Assembly (NCBI GenBank): GCA_964057225.1
Contig: OZ059897.1
Coordinates: 868,001 to 932,000 of the forward strand
Source of the DNA: Auanema rhodensis
Lineage: Eukaryota > Animalia > Nematoda
Length of the DNA stretch: 64,000 bases
Reading direction: 5' to 3'
Part shown: one piece after another, positions 14,060 through 27,500 of the stretch
Layout of the letters: each line of letters begins with the position of its first letter
Position numbering within the stretch: the first letter of the stretch is position 1
The notes under the pieces: generated by a model
Databases searched by the model: none
Told to the model about the DNA's origin: nothing
What the model saw: only the letters and a program-made list of their open reading frames with translations
Made by a program: the position numbers and the translations under genes

Positions 14060-17000
14060 AAAAGGAATCTAAAAACATCTACTTTTGGTAAAATTATTCT
14101 GAAATTTTTCAGGAAAATTTTTGTCAAAATGTTTTTGGAATCAATGTTGAGTGTACATGGAAACTCAACATACACTAATGCATAATTTTTTAAACGATCA
14201 TAACTAATTTTTGTATTGAGCGTTTCTTTATGTATTATAGTGCATTCGATGCGGATTTTTAAGCTGCGTCGATCTGTGTTATCAGATTTGAGTTAGCTTA
14301 AAAATGCACCGAGATATCAACTGATATAAGTTCACACTTATATCCTCGATTTTCACCCTGAAGAATTAATTTTTTCGTTGATTAACATTGTCCATCGTCT
14401 TTGCCTTGAAAAAAGGAATCTAAAAACATCTAATTTTTGTGAAATTATTTTGAAATTTTTTGGCAAAATTTTTGTCAAAATGTTTTTGAAAGCAATGTTG
14501 AGTGTACATGGAAACTCAACATACACTAATGCAACATTTTTCAAACGATCATAACTAATTTTTGTTTTGAGCGTTTCTGAATGTATTATAGTGCATTCGA
14601 TGCGGATTTTTAAGCTGCTTCGATCTGTGTTATCAGATTTGCGCTAGCTTAAAAATGAACCGAGATATCAACTGATATAAGTTCACACTTATATCCTCGA
14701 TTTTCACCCTGAAGAATTAATTTTTTCGTTGAATAACATTGTCCATCGTCTTCGCCTTGAAAAAAGAAATCTAAAAACATCTACTTTTAGTAAAATTATC
14801 TTGAAATTTTTCAGGAAAATTTTTGTCAAAATGTTTTTGGAAGCAATGTTGAGTGTACATGGAAACTCAACATACACTAATGCATAATTTTTTAAACAAT
14901 CATAACTAATTTTTGTATTGAGCGTTTCTTAATGTATCATAGTGCATTCGATGCGGATTTTTAAGCTGCGTCGATCTGTGTTATCAGATTTGAGTTAGCT
15001 TAAAAATGCACCGAGATATCAACTGATATAAGTTCACACTTATATCCTCGATTTTCACCCTGAAGAATTAATTTTTTCGTTGAATAACATTGTCCATCGT
15101 CTTCGCCTTGAAAAAAGAAATCTAAAAACATCTACTTTTGGTAAAATTATTTTGAAATTTTTCAGGAAAATTTTTGTCAAAATGTTTTTGGAATCAATGT
15201 TGAGTGTACATGGAAACTCAACATACACTAATGCATAATTATTTAAACGATCATAACTAATTTTTGTATTGAGCGTTTCTTAATGTATTATAGTGCATTC
15301 GATGCGGATTTTTAAGCTGCTTCGATCTGTGTTATCAGATTTGCGCTAGCTTAAAAATGAACCGAGATATCAACTGATATAAGTTCACACTTATATCCTC
15401 GATTTTCACCCTGAAGAATTAATTTTTTCGTTGATTAACATTGTCCATCGTCTTTGCCTTGAAAAAAGGAATCTAAAAACATCTAATTTTTGTGAAATTA
15501 TTTTGAAATTTTTTGGCAAAATTTTTGTCAAAATGTTTTTGAAAGCAATGTTGAGTGTACATGGAAACTCAACATACACTAATGCAACATTTTTCAAACG
15601 ATCATAACTAATTTTTGTATTGAGCGTTTCTGAATGTATTATAGTGCATTCGATGCGGATTTTTAAGCTGCTTCGATCTGTGTTATCAGATTTGCGCTAG
15701 CTTAAAAATGCACCGAGATATCAACTGATATAAGTTCACACTTATATCCTCGATTTTCACCCTGAAGAATTAATTTTTTCGTTGATTAACATTGTCCATC
15801 GTCTTTGCCTTGAAAAAAGGAATCTAAAAACATCTACTTTTTGTGAAATTATTTTGAAATTTTTTGGCAAAATTTTTGTCAAAATGTTTTTGAAAGCAAT
15901 GTTGAGTGTACATGGAAACTCAACATACACTAATGCAACATTTTTCAAACGATCATAACTAATTTTTGTATTGAGCGTTTCTTAATGTATTATAGTGCAT
16001 TCGATGCGGATTTTTAAGCTGCTTCGATCTGTGTTATCAGATTTGCGCTAGCTTAAAAATGAACCGAGATATCAACTGATATAAGTTCACACTTATATCC
16101 TCGATTTTCACCCTGAAGAATTAATTTTTTCGTTGAATAACATTGTCCATCGTCTTCGCCTTGAAAAAAGAAATCTAAAAACATCTACTTTTAGTAAAAT
16201 TATCTTGAAATTTTTCAGGAAAATTTTTGTCAAAATGTTTTTGGAAGCAATGTTGAGTGTACATGGAAACTCAACATACACTAATGCATAATTATTTAAA
16301 CGATCATAACTAATTTTTGTATTGAGCGTTTCTTAATGTATTATAGTGCATTCGATGCGGATTTTTAAGCTGCGTCGATCTGTGTTATCAGATTTGAGTT
16401 AGCTTAAAAATGCACCGAGATATCAACTGATATAAGTTCACACTTATATCCTCGATTTTCACCCTGAAGAATTAATTTTTTCGTTGAATAACATTGTCCA
16501 TCGTCTTCGCCTTGAAAAAAGAAATCTAAAAACATCTACTTTTAGTAAAATTATCTTGAAATTTTTCAGGAAAATTTTTGTCAAAATGTTTTTGGAAGCA
16601 ATGTTGAGTGTACATGGAAACTCAACATACACTAATGCATAATTATTTAAACGATCATAACTAATTTTTGTATTGAGCGTTTCTTAATGTATTATAGTGC
16701 ATTCGATGGGGATTTTTAAGCTGCGTCGATCTGTGTTATCAGATTTGAGTTAGCTTAAAAATGCACCGAGATATCAACTGATATAAGTTCACACTTATAT
16801 CCTCGATTTTCACCCTGAAGAATTAATTTTTTCGTTGAATAACATTGTCCATCGTCTTCGCCTTGAAAAAAGAAATCTAAAAACATCTACTTTTGGTAAA
16901 ATTATTTTGAAATTTTTCAGGAAAATTTTTGTCAAAATGTTTTTGGAAGCAATGTTGAGTGTACATGGAAACTCAACATACACTAATGCATAATTTTTTA

Positions 17001-20000
17001 AACAATCATAACTAATTTTTGTATTGAGCGTTTCTTAATGTATTATAGTGCATTCGATGCGGATTTTTAAGCTGCGTCGATCTGTGTTATCAGATTTGAG
17101 TTAGCTTAAAAATGCACCGAGATATCAACTGATATAAGTTCACACTTATATCCTCGATTTTCACCCTGAAGAATTAATTTTTTCGTTGATTAACATTGTC
17201 CATCGTCTTTGCCTTGAAAAAAGGAATCTAAAAACATCTACTTTTTGTGAAATTATTTTGAAATTTTTTGGCAAAATTTTTGTCAAAATGTTTTTGAAAG
17301 CAATGTTGAGTGTACATGGAAACTCAACATACACTAATGCAACATTTTTCAAACGATCATAACTAATTTTTGTATTGAGCGTTTCTTAATGTATTATAGT
17401 GCATTCGATGCGGATTTTTAAGCTGCTTCGATCTGTGTTATCAGATTTGCGCTAGCTTAAAAATGAACCGAGATATCAACTGATATAAGTTCACACTTAT
17501 ATCCTCGATTTTCACCCTGAAGAATTAATTTTTTCGTTGAATAACATTGTCCATCGTCTTCGCCTTGAAAAAAGAAATCTAAAAACATCTACTTTTAGTA
17601 AAATTATCTTGAAATTTTTCAGGAAAATTTTTGTCAAAATGTTTTTGGAAGCAATGTTGAGTGTACATGGAAACTCAACATACACTAATGCATAATTATT
17701 TAAACGATCATAACTAATTTTTGTATTGAGCGTTTCTTAATGTATTATAGTGCATTCGATGCGGATTTTTAAGCTGCGTCGATCTGTGTTATCAGATTTG
17801 AGTTAGCTTAAAAATGCACCGAGATATCAACTGATATAAGTTCACACTTATATCCTCGATTTTCACCCTGAAGAATTAATTTTTTCGTTGAATAACATTG
17901 TCCATCGTCTTCGCCTTGAAAAAAGAAATCTAAAAACATCTACTTTTGGTAAAATTATTTTGAAATTTTTCAGGAAAATTTTTGTCAAAATGTTTTTGGA
18001 AGCAATGTTGAGTGTACATGGAAACTCAACATACACTAATGCATAATTTTTTAAACAATCATAACTAATTTTTGTATTGAGCGTTTCTTAATGTATTATA
18101 GTGCATTCGATGCGGATTTTTAAGCTGCGTCGATCTGTGTTATCAGATTTGAGTTAGCTTAAAAATGCACCGAGATATCAACTGATATAAGTTCACACTT
18201 ATATCCTCGATTTTCACCCTGAAGAATTAATTTTTTCGTTGAATAACATTGTCCATCGTCTTCGCCTTGAAAAAAGAAATCTAAAAACATCTACTTTTAG
18301 TAAAATTATCTTGAAATTTTTCAGGAAAATTTTTGTCAAAATGTTTTTGGAACCAATGTTGAGTGTACATGGAAACTCAACATACACTAATGCATAATTT
18401 TTTAAACAATCATAACTAATTTTTGTATTGAGCGTTTCTTAATGTATCATAGTGCATTCGATGCGGATTTTTAAGCTGCGTCGATCTGTGTTATCAGATT
18501 TGCGCTAGCTTAAAAATGCACCGAGATATCAACTGATATAAGTTCACACTTATATCCTCGATTTTCACCCTGAAGAATTAATTTTTTCGTTGAATAACAT
18601 TGTCCATCGTCTTCGCCTTGAAAAAAGAAATCTAAAAACATCTACTTTTGGTAAAATTATTTTGAAATTTTTCAGGAAAATTTTTGTCAAAATGTTTTTG
18701 GAATCAATGTTGAGTGTACATGGAAACTCAACATACACTAATGCATAATTATTTAAACGATCATAACTAATTTTTGTATTGAGCGTTTCTTAATGTATTA
18801 TAGTGCATTCGATGCGGATTTTTAAGCTGCGTCGATCTGTGTTATCAGATTTGAGTTAGCTTAAAAATGCACCGAGATATCAACTGATATAAGTTCACAC
18901 TTATATCCTCGATTTTCACCCTGAAGAATTACTTTTTTCGTTGAATAACATTGTCCATCGTCTTCGCCTTGAAAAAAGAAATCTAAAAACATCTACTTTT
19001 GGTAAAATTATTTTGAAATTTTTCAGGAAAATTTTTGTCAAAATGTTTTTGGAAGCAATGTTGAGTGTACATGGAAACTCAACATACACTAATGCATAAT
19101 TTTTTAAACAATCATAACTAATTTTTGTATTGAGCGTTTCTTAATGTATTATAGTGCATTCGATGCGGATTTTTAAGCTGCGTCGATCTGTGTTATCAGA
19201 TTTGAGTTAGCTTAAAAATGCACCGAGATATCAACTGATATAAGTTCACACTTATATCCTCGATTTTCACCCTGAAGAATTAATTTTTTCGTTGAATAAC
19301 ATTGTCCATCGTCTTCGCCTTGAAAAAAGAAATCTAAAAACATCTACTTTTGGTAAAATTATTCTGAAATTTTTCAGGAAAATTTTTGTCAAAATGTTTT
19401 TGAAAGCAATGTTGAGTGTACATGGAAACTCAACATACACTAATGCATAATTTTTTAAACGATCATAACTAATTTTTGTATTGAGCGTTTCTTTATGTAT
19501 TATAGTGCATTCGATGCGGATTTTTAAGCTGCGTCGATCTGTGTTATCAGATTTGAGTTAGCTTAAAAATGCACCGAGATATCAACTGATATAAGTTCAC
19601 ACTTATATCCTCGATTTTCACCCTGAAGAATTAATTTTTTCGTTGATTAACATTGTCCATCGTCTTTGCCTTGAAAAAAGGAATCTAAAAACATCTAATT
19701 TTTGTGAAATTATTTTGAAATTTTTTGGCAAAATTTTTGTCAAAATGTTTTTGAAAGCAATGTTGAGTGTACATGGAAACTCAACATACACTAATGCAAC
19801 ATTTTTCAAACGATCATAACTAATTTTTGTATTGAGCGTTTCTGAATGTATTATAGTGCATTCGATGCGGATTTTTAAGCTGCTTCGATCTGTGTTATCA
19901 GATTTGCGCTAGCTTAAAAATGCACCGAGATATCAACTGATATAAGTTCACACTTATATCCTCGATTTTCACCCTGAAGAATTAATTTTTTCGTTGAATA

Positions 20001-23000
20001 ACATTGTCCATCGTCTTCGCCTTGAAAAAAGAAATCTAAAAACATCTACTTTTGGTAAAATTATTTTGAAATTTTTCAGGAAAATTTTTGTCAAAATGTT
20101 TTTGGAATCAATGTTGAGTGTACATGGAAACTCAACATACACTAATGCATAATTATTTAAACGATCATAACTAATTTTTGTATTGAGCGTTTCTTAATGT
20201 ATTATAGTGCATTCGATGCGGATTTTTAAGCTGCGTCGATCTGTGTTATCAGATTTGAGTTAGCTTAAAAATGCACCGAGATATCAACTGATATAAGTTC
20301 ACACTTATATCCTCGATTTTCACCCTGAAGAATTAATTTTTTCGTTGAATAACATTGTCCATCGTCTTCGCCTTGAAAAAAGAAATCTAAAAACATCTAC
20401 TTTCGGTAAAATTATTTTGAAATTTTTCAGGAAAATTTTTGTCAAAATGTTTTTGGAAGCAATGTTGAGTGTACATGGAAACTCAACATACACTAATGCA
20501 TAATTTTTTAAACAATCATAACTAATTTTTGTATTGAGCGTTTCTTAATGTATTATAGTGCATTCGATGCGGATTTTTAAGCTGCGTCGATCTGTGTTAT
20601 CAGATTTGAGTTAGCTTAAAAATGCACCGAGATATCAACTGATATAAGTTCACACTTATATCCTCGATTTTCACCCTGAAGAATTAATTTTTTCGTTGAA
20701 TAACATTGTCCATCGTCTTCGCCTTGAAAAAAGAAATCTAAAAACATCTACTTTTGGTAAAATTATTTTGAAATTTTTCAGGAAAATTTTTGTCAAAATG
20801 TTTTTGGAAGCAATGTTGAGTGTACATGGAAACTCAACATACACTAATGCATAATTTTTTAAACAATCATAACTAATTTTTGTATTGAGCGTTTCTTAAT
20901 GTATTATAGTGCATTCGATGCGGATTTTTAAGCTGCGTCGATCTGTGTTATCAGATTTGAGTTAGCTTAAAAATGCACCGAGATATCAACTGATATAAGT
21001 TCACACTTATATCCTCGATTTTCACCCTGAAGAATTAATTTTTTCGTTGATTAACATTGTCCATCGTCTTTGCCTTGAAAAAAGGAATCTAAAAACATCT
21101 ACTTTTTGTGAAATTATTTTGAAATTTTTTGGCAAAATTTTTGTCAAAATGTTTTTGAAAGCAATGTTGAGTGTACATGGAAACTCAACATACACTAATG
21201 CAACATTTTTCAAACGATCATAACTAATTTTTGTATTGAGCGTTTCTGAATGTATTATAGTGCATTCGATGCGGATTTTTAAGCTGCTTCGATCTGTGTT
21301 ATCAGATTTGCGCTAGCTTAAAAATGCACCGAGATATCAACTGATATAAGTTCACACTTATATCCTCGATTTTCACCCTGAAGAATTAATTTTTTCGTTG
21401 ATTAACATTGTCCATCGTCTTTGCCTTGAAAAAAGGAATCTAAAAACATCTACTTTTGGTAAAATTATTCTGAAATTTTTCAGGAAAATTTTTGTCAAAA
21501 TGTTTTTGGAATCAATGTTGAGTGTACATGGAAACTCAACATACACTAATGCATAATTTTTTAAACGATCATAACTAATTTTTGTATTGAGCGTTTCTTT
21601 ATGTATTATAGTGCATTCGATGCGGATTTTTAAGCTGCGTCGATCTGTGTTATCAGATTTGAGTTAGCTTAAAAATGCACCGAGATATCAACTGATATAA
21701 GTTCACACTTATATCCTCGATTTTCACCCTGAAGAATTAATTTTTTCGTTGATTAACATTGTCCATCGTCTTTGCCTTGAAAAAAGGAATCTAAAAACAT
21801 CTAATTTTTGTGAAATTATTTTGAAATTTTTTGGCAAAATTTTTGTCAAAATGTTTTTGAAAGCAATGTTGAGTGTACATGGAAACTCAACATACACTAA
21901 TGCAACATTTTTCAAACGATCATAACTAATTTTTGTTTTGAGCGTTTCTGAATGTATTATAGTGCATTCGATGCGGATTTTTAAGCTGCTTCGATCTGTG
22001 TTATCAGATTTGCGCTAGCTTAAAAATGAACCGAGATATCAACTGATATAAGTTCACACTTATATCCTCGATTTTCACCCTGAAGAATTAATTTTTTCGT
22101 TGAATAACATTGTCCATCGTCTTCGCCTTGAAAAAAGAAATCTAAAAACATCTACTTTTAGTAAAATTATCTTGAAATTTTTCAGGAAAATTTTTGTCAA
22201 AATGTTTTTGGAAGCAATGTTGAGTGTACATGGAAACTCAACATACACTAATGCATAATTTTTTAAACAATCATAACTAATTTTTGTATTGAGCGTTTCT
22301 TAATGTATCATAGTGCATTCGATGCGGATTTTTAAGCTGCGTCGATCTGTGTTATCAGATTTGAGTTAGCTTAAAAATGCACCGAGATATCAACTGATAT
22401 AAGTTCACACTTATATCCTCGATTTTCACCCTGAAGAATTAATTTTTTCGTTGAATAACATTGTCCATCGTCTTCGCCTTGAAAAAAGAAATCTAAAAAC
22501 ATCTACTTTTGGTAAAATTATTTTGAAATTTTTCAGGAAAATTTTTGTCAAAATGTTTTTGGAATCAATGTTGAGTGTACATGGAAACTCAACATACACT
22601 AATGCATAATTATTTAAACGATCATAACTAATTTTTGTATTGAGCGTTTCTTAATGTATTATAGTGCATTCGATGCGGATTTTTAAGCTGCTTCGATCTG
22701 TGTTATCAGATTTGCGCTAGCTTAAAAATGAACCGAGATATCAACTGATATAAGTTCACACTTATATCCTCGATTTTCACCCTGAAGAATTAATTTTTTC
22801 GTTGATTAACATTGTCCATCGTCTTTGCCTTGAAAAAAGGAATCTAAAAACATCTAATTTTTGTGAAATTATTTTGAAATTTTTTGGCAAAATTTTTGTC
22901 AAAATGTTTTTGAAAGCAATGTTGAGTGTACATGGAAACTCAACATACACTAATGCAACATTTTTCAAACGATCATAACTAATTTTTGTATTGAGCGTTT

Positions 23001-24550
23001 CTGAATGTATTATAGTGCATTCGATGCGGATTTTTAAGCTGCTTCGATCTGTGTTATCAGATTTGCGCTAGCTTAAAAATGCACCGAGATATCAACTGAT
23101 ATAAGTTCACACTTATATCCTCGATTTTCACCCTGAAGAATTAATTTTTTCGTTGATTAACATTGTCCATCGTCTTTGCCTTGAAAAAAGGAATCTAAAA
23201 ACATCTACTTTTTGTGAAATTATTTTGAAATTTTTTGGCAAAATTTTTGTCAAAATGTTTTTGAAAGCAATGTTGAGTGTACATGGAAACTCAACATACA
23301 CTAATGCAACATTTTTCAAACGATCATAACTAATTTTTGTATTGAGCGTTTCTTAATGTATTATAGTGCATTCGATGCGGATTTTTAAGCTGCTTCGATC
23401 TGTGTTATCAGATTTGCGCTAGCTTAAAAATGAACCGAGATATCAACTGATATAAGTTCACACTTATATCCTCGATTTTCACCCTGAAGAATTAATTTTT
23501 TCGTTGAATAACATTGTCCATCGTCTTCGCCTTGAAAAAAGAAATCTAAAAACATCTACTTTTAGTAAAATTATCTTGAAATTTTTCAGGAAAATTTTTG
23601 TCAAAATGTTTTTGGAAGCAATGTTGAGTGTACATGGAAACTCAACATACACTAATGCATAATTATTTAAACGATCATAACTAATTTTTGTATTGAGCGT
23701 TTCTTAATGTATTATAGTGCATTCGATGCGGATTTTTAAGCTGCGTCGATCTGTGTTATCAGATTTGAGTTAGCTTAAAAATGCACCGAGATATCAACTG
23801 ATATAAGTTCACACTTATATCCTCGATTTTCACCCTGAAGAATTAATTTTTTCGTTGAATAACATTGTCCATCGTCTTCGCCTTGAAAAAAGAAATCTAA
23901 AAACATCTACTTTTAGTAAAATTATCTTGAAATTTTTCAGGAAAATTTTTGTCAAAATGTTTTTGGAAGCAATGTTGAGTGTACATGGAAACTCAACATA
24001 CACTAATGCATAATTATTTAAACGATCATAACTAATTTTTGTATTGAGCGTTTCTTAATGTATTATAGTGCATTCGATGGGGATTTTTAAGCTGCGTCGA
24101 TCTGTGTTATCAGATTTGAGTTAGCTTAAAAATGCACCGAGATATCAACTGATATAAGTTCACACTTATATCCTCGATTTTCACCCTGAAGAATTAATTT
24201 TTTCGTTGAATAACATTGTCCATCGTCTTCGCCTTGAAAAAAGAAATCTAAAAACATCTACTTTTGGTAAAATTATTTTGAAATTTTTCAGGAAAATTTT
24301 TGTCAAAATGTTTTTGGAAGCAATGTTGAGTGTACATGGAAACTCAACATACACTAATGCATAATTTTTTAAACAATCATAACTAATTTTTGTATTGAGC
24401 GTTTCTTAATGTATTATAGTGCATTCGATGCGGATTTTTAAGCTGCGTCGATCTGTGTTATCAGATTTGAGTTAGCTTAAAAATGCACCGAGATATCAAC
24501 TGATATAAGTTCACACTTATATCCTCGATTTTCACCCTGAAGAATTAATT
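14060..24550. repeat. Block of ~9 monomers repeated at a 21-monomer (7371 bp) offset (~14.06-17.18 kb vs ~21.43-24.55 kb)
   Basis: Rare variants TTTGTTTTGAG at 14566/21937 and CGATGGGGAT at 16709/24080 are both 7371 apart. ORFs 14353/21724, 15406/22777 and 15757/23128 share the offset. Boundaries are approximate. Confidence 0.85.
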
Positions 24551-27500
24551 TTTTCGTTGAATAACATTGTCCATCGTCTTCGCCTTGAAAAAAGAAATCT
24601 AAAAACATCTACTTTTAGTAAAATTATCTTGAAATTTTTCAGGAAAATTTTTGTCAAAATGTTTTTGGAAGCAATGTTGAGTGTACATGGAAACTCAACA
24701 TACACTAATGCATAATTTTTTAAACAATCATAACTAATTTTTGTATTGAGCGTTTCTTAATGTATCATAGTGCATTCGATGCGGATTTTTAAGCTGCGTC
24801 GATCTGTGTTATCAGATTTGCGCTAGCTTAAAAATGCACCGAGATATCAACTGATATAAGTTCACACTTATATCCTCGATTTTCACCCTGAAGAATTAAT
24901 TTTTTCGTTGATTAACATTGTCCATCGTCTTCGCCTTGAAAAAAGAAATCTAAAAACATCTACTTTTGGTAAAATTATTTTGAAATTTTTTGGCAAAATT
25001 TTTGTCAAAATGTTTTTGAAAGCAATGTTGAGTGTACATGGAAACTCAACATACACTAATGCAACATTTTTCAAACGATCATAACTAATTTTTGTATTGA
25101 GCGTTTCTTAATGTATTATAGTGCATTCGATGCGGATTTTTAAGCTGCTTCGATCTGTGTTATCAGATTTGCGCTAGCTTAAAAATGAACCGAGATATCA
25201 ACTGATATAAGTTCACACTTATATCCTCGATTTTCACCCTGAAGAATTAATTTTTTCGTTGAATAACATTGTCCATCGTCTTCGCCTTGAAAAAAGAAAT
25301 CTAAAAACATCTACTTTTGGTAAAATTATTTTGAAATTTTTCAGGAAAATTTTTGTCAAAATGTTTTTGGAATCAATGTTGAGTGTACATGGAAACTCAA
25401 CATACACTAATGCATAATTATTTAAACGATCATAACTAATTTTTGTATTGAGCGTTTCTTAATGTATTATAGTGCATTCGATGCGGATTTTTAAGCTGCG
25501 TCGATCTGTGTTATCAGATTTGAGTTAGCTTAAAAATGCACCGAGATATCAACTGATATAAGTTCACACTTATATCCTCGATTTTCACCCTGAAGAATTA
25601 ATTTTTTCGTTGAATAACATTGTCCATCGTCTTCGCCTTGAAAAAAGAAATCTAAAAACATCTACTTTTGGTAAAATTATTTTGAAATTTTTCAGGAAAA
25701 TTTTTGTCAAAATGTTTTTGGAATCAATGTTGAGTGTACATGGAAACTCAACATACACTAATGCATAATTATTTAAACGATCATAACTAATTTTTGTATT
25801 GAGCGTTTCTTAATGTATTATAGTGCATTCGATGCGGATTTTTAAGCTGCTTCGATCTGTGTTATCAGATTTGCGCTAGCTTAAAAATGAACCGAGATAT
25901 CAACTGATATAAGTTCACACTTATATCCTCGATTTTCACCCTGAAGAATTAATTTTTTCGTTGATTAACATTGTCCATCGTCTTTGCCTTGAAAAAAGGA
26001 ATCTAAAAACATCTAATTTTTGTGAAATTATTTTGAAATTTTTTGGCAAAATTTTTGTCAAAATGTTTTTGAAAGCAATGTTGAGTGTACATGGAAACTC
26101 AACATACACTAATGCAACATTTTTCAAACGATCATAACTAATTTTTGTATTGAGCGTTTCTGAATGTATTATAGTGCATTCGATGCGGATTTTTAAGCTG
26201 CTTCGATCTGTGTTATCAGATTTGCGCTAGCTTAAAAATGCACCGAGATATCAACTGATATAAGTTCACACTTATATCCTCGATTTTCACCCTGAAGAAT
26301 TAATTTTTTCGTTGATTAACATTGTCCATCGTCTTTGCCTTGAAAAAAGGAATCTAAAAACATCTACTTTTTGTGAAATTATTTTGAAATTTTTTGGCAA
26401 AATTTTTGTCAAAATGTTTTTGAAAGCAATGTTGAGTGTACATGGAAACTCAACATACACTAATGCAACATTTTTCAAACGATCATAACTAATTTTTGTA
26501 TTGAGCGTTTCTTAATGTATTATAGTGCATTCGATGCGGATTTTTAAGCTGCTTCGATCTGTGTTATCAGATTTGCGCTAGCTTAAAAATGAACCGAGAT
26601 ATCAACTGATATAAGTTCACACTTATATCCTCGATTTTCACCCTGAAGAATTAATTTTTTCGTTGAATAACATTGTCCATCGTCTTCGCCTTGAAAAAAG
26701 AAATCTAAAAACATCTACTTTTAGTAAAATTATCTTGAAATTTTTCAGGAAAATTTTTGTCAAAATGTTTTTGGAAGCAATGTTGAGTGTACATGGAAAC
26801 TCAACATACACTAATGCATAATTATTTAAACGATCATAACTAATTTTTGTATTGAGCGTTTCTTAATGTATTATAGTGCATTCGATGCGGATTTTTAAGC
26901 TGCGTCGATCTGTGTTATCAGATTTGAGTTAGCTTAAAAATGCACCGAGATATCAACTGATATAAGTTCACACTTATATCCTCGATTTTCACCCTGAAGA
27001 ATTAATTTTTTCGTTGAATAACATTGTCCATCGTCTTCGCCTTGAAAAAAGAAATCTAAAAACATCTACTTTTGGTAAAATTATTTTGAAATTTTTCAGG
27101 AAAATTTTTGTCAAAATGTTTTTGGAAGCAATGTTGAGTGTACATGGAAACTCAACATACACTAATGCATAATTTTTTAAACAATCATAACTAATTCTTG
27201 TATTGAGCGTTTCTTAATGTATTATAGTGCATTCGATGCGGATTTTTAAGCTGCGTCGATCTGTGTTATCAGATTTGAGTTAGCTTAAAAATGCACCGAG
27301 ATATCAACTGATATAAGTTCACACTTATATCCTCGATTTTCACCCTGAAGAATTAATTTTTTCGTTGAATAACATTGTCCATCGTCTTCGCCTTGAAAAA
27401 AGAAATCTAAAAACATCTACTTTTAGTAAAATTATCTTGAAATTTTTCAGGAAAATTTTTGTCAAAATGTTTTTGGAAGCAATGTTGAGTGTACATGGAA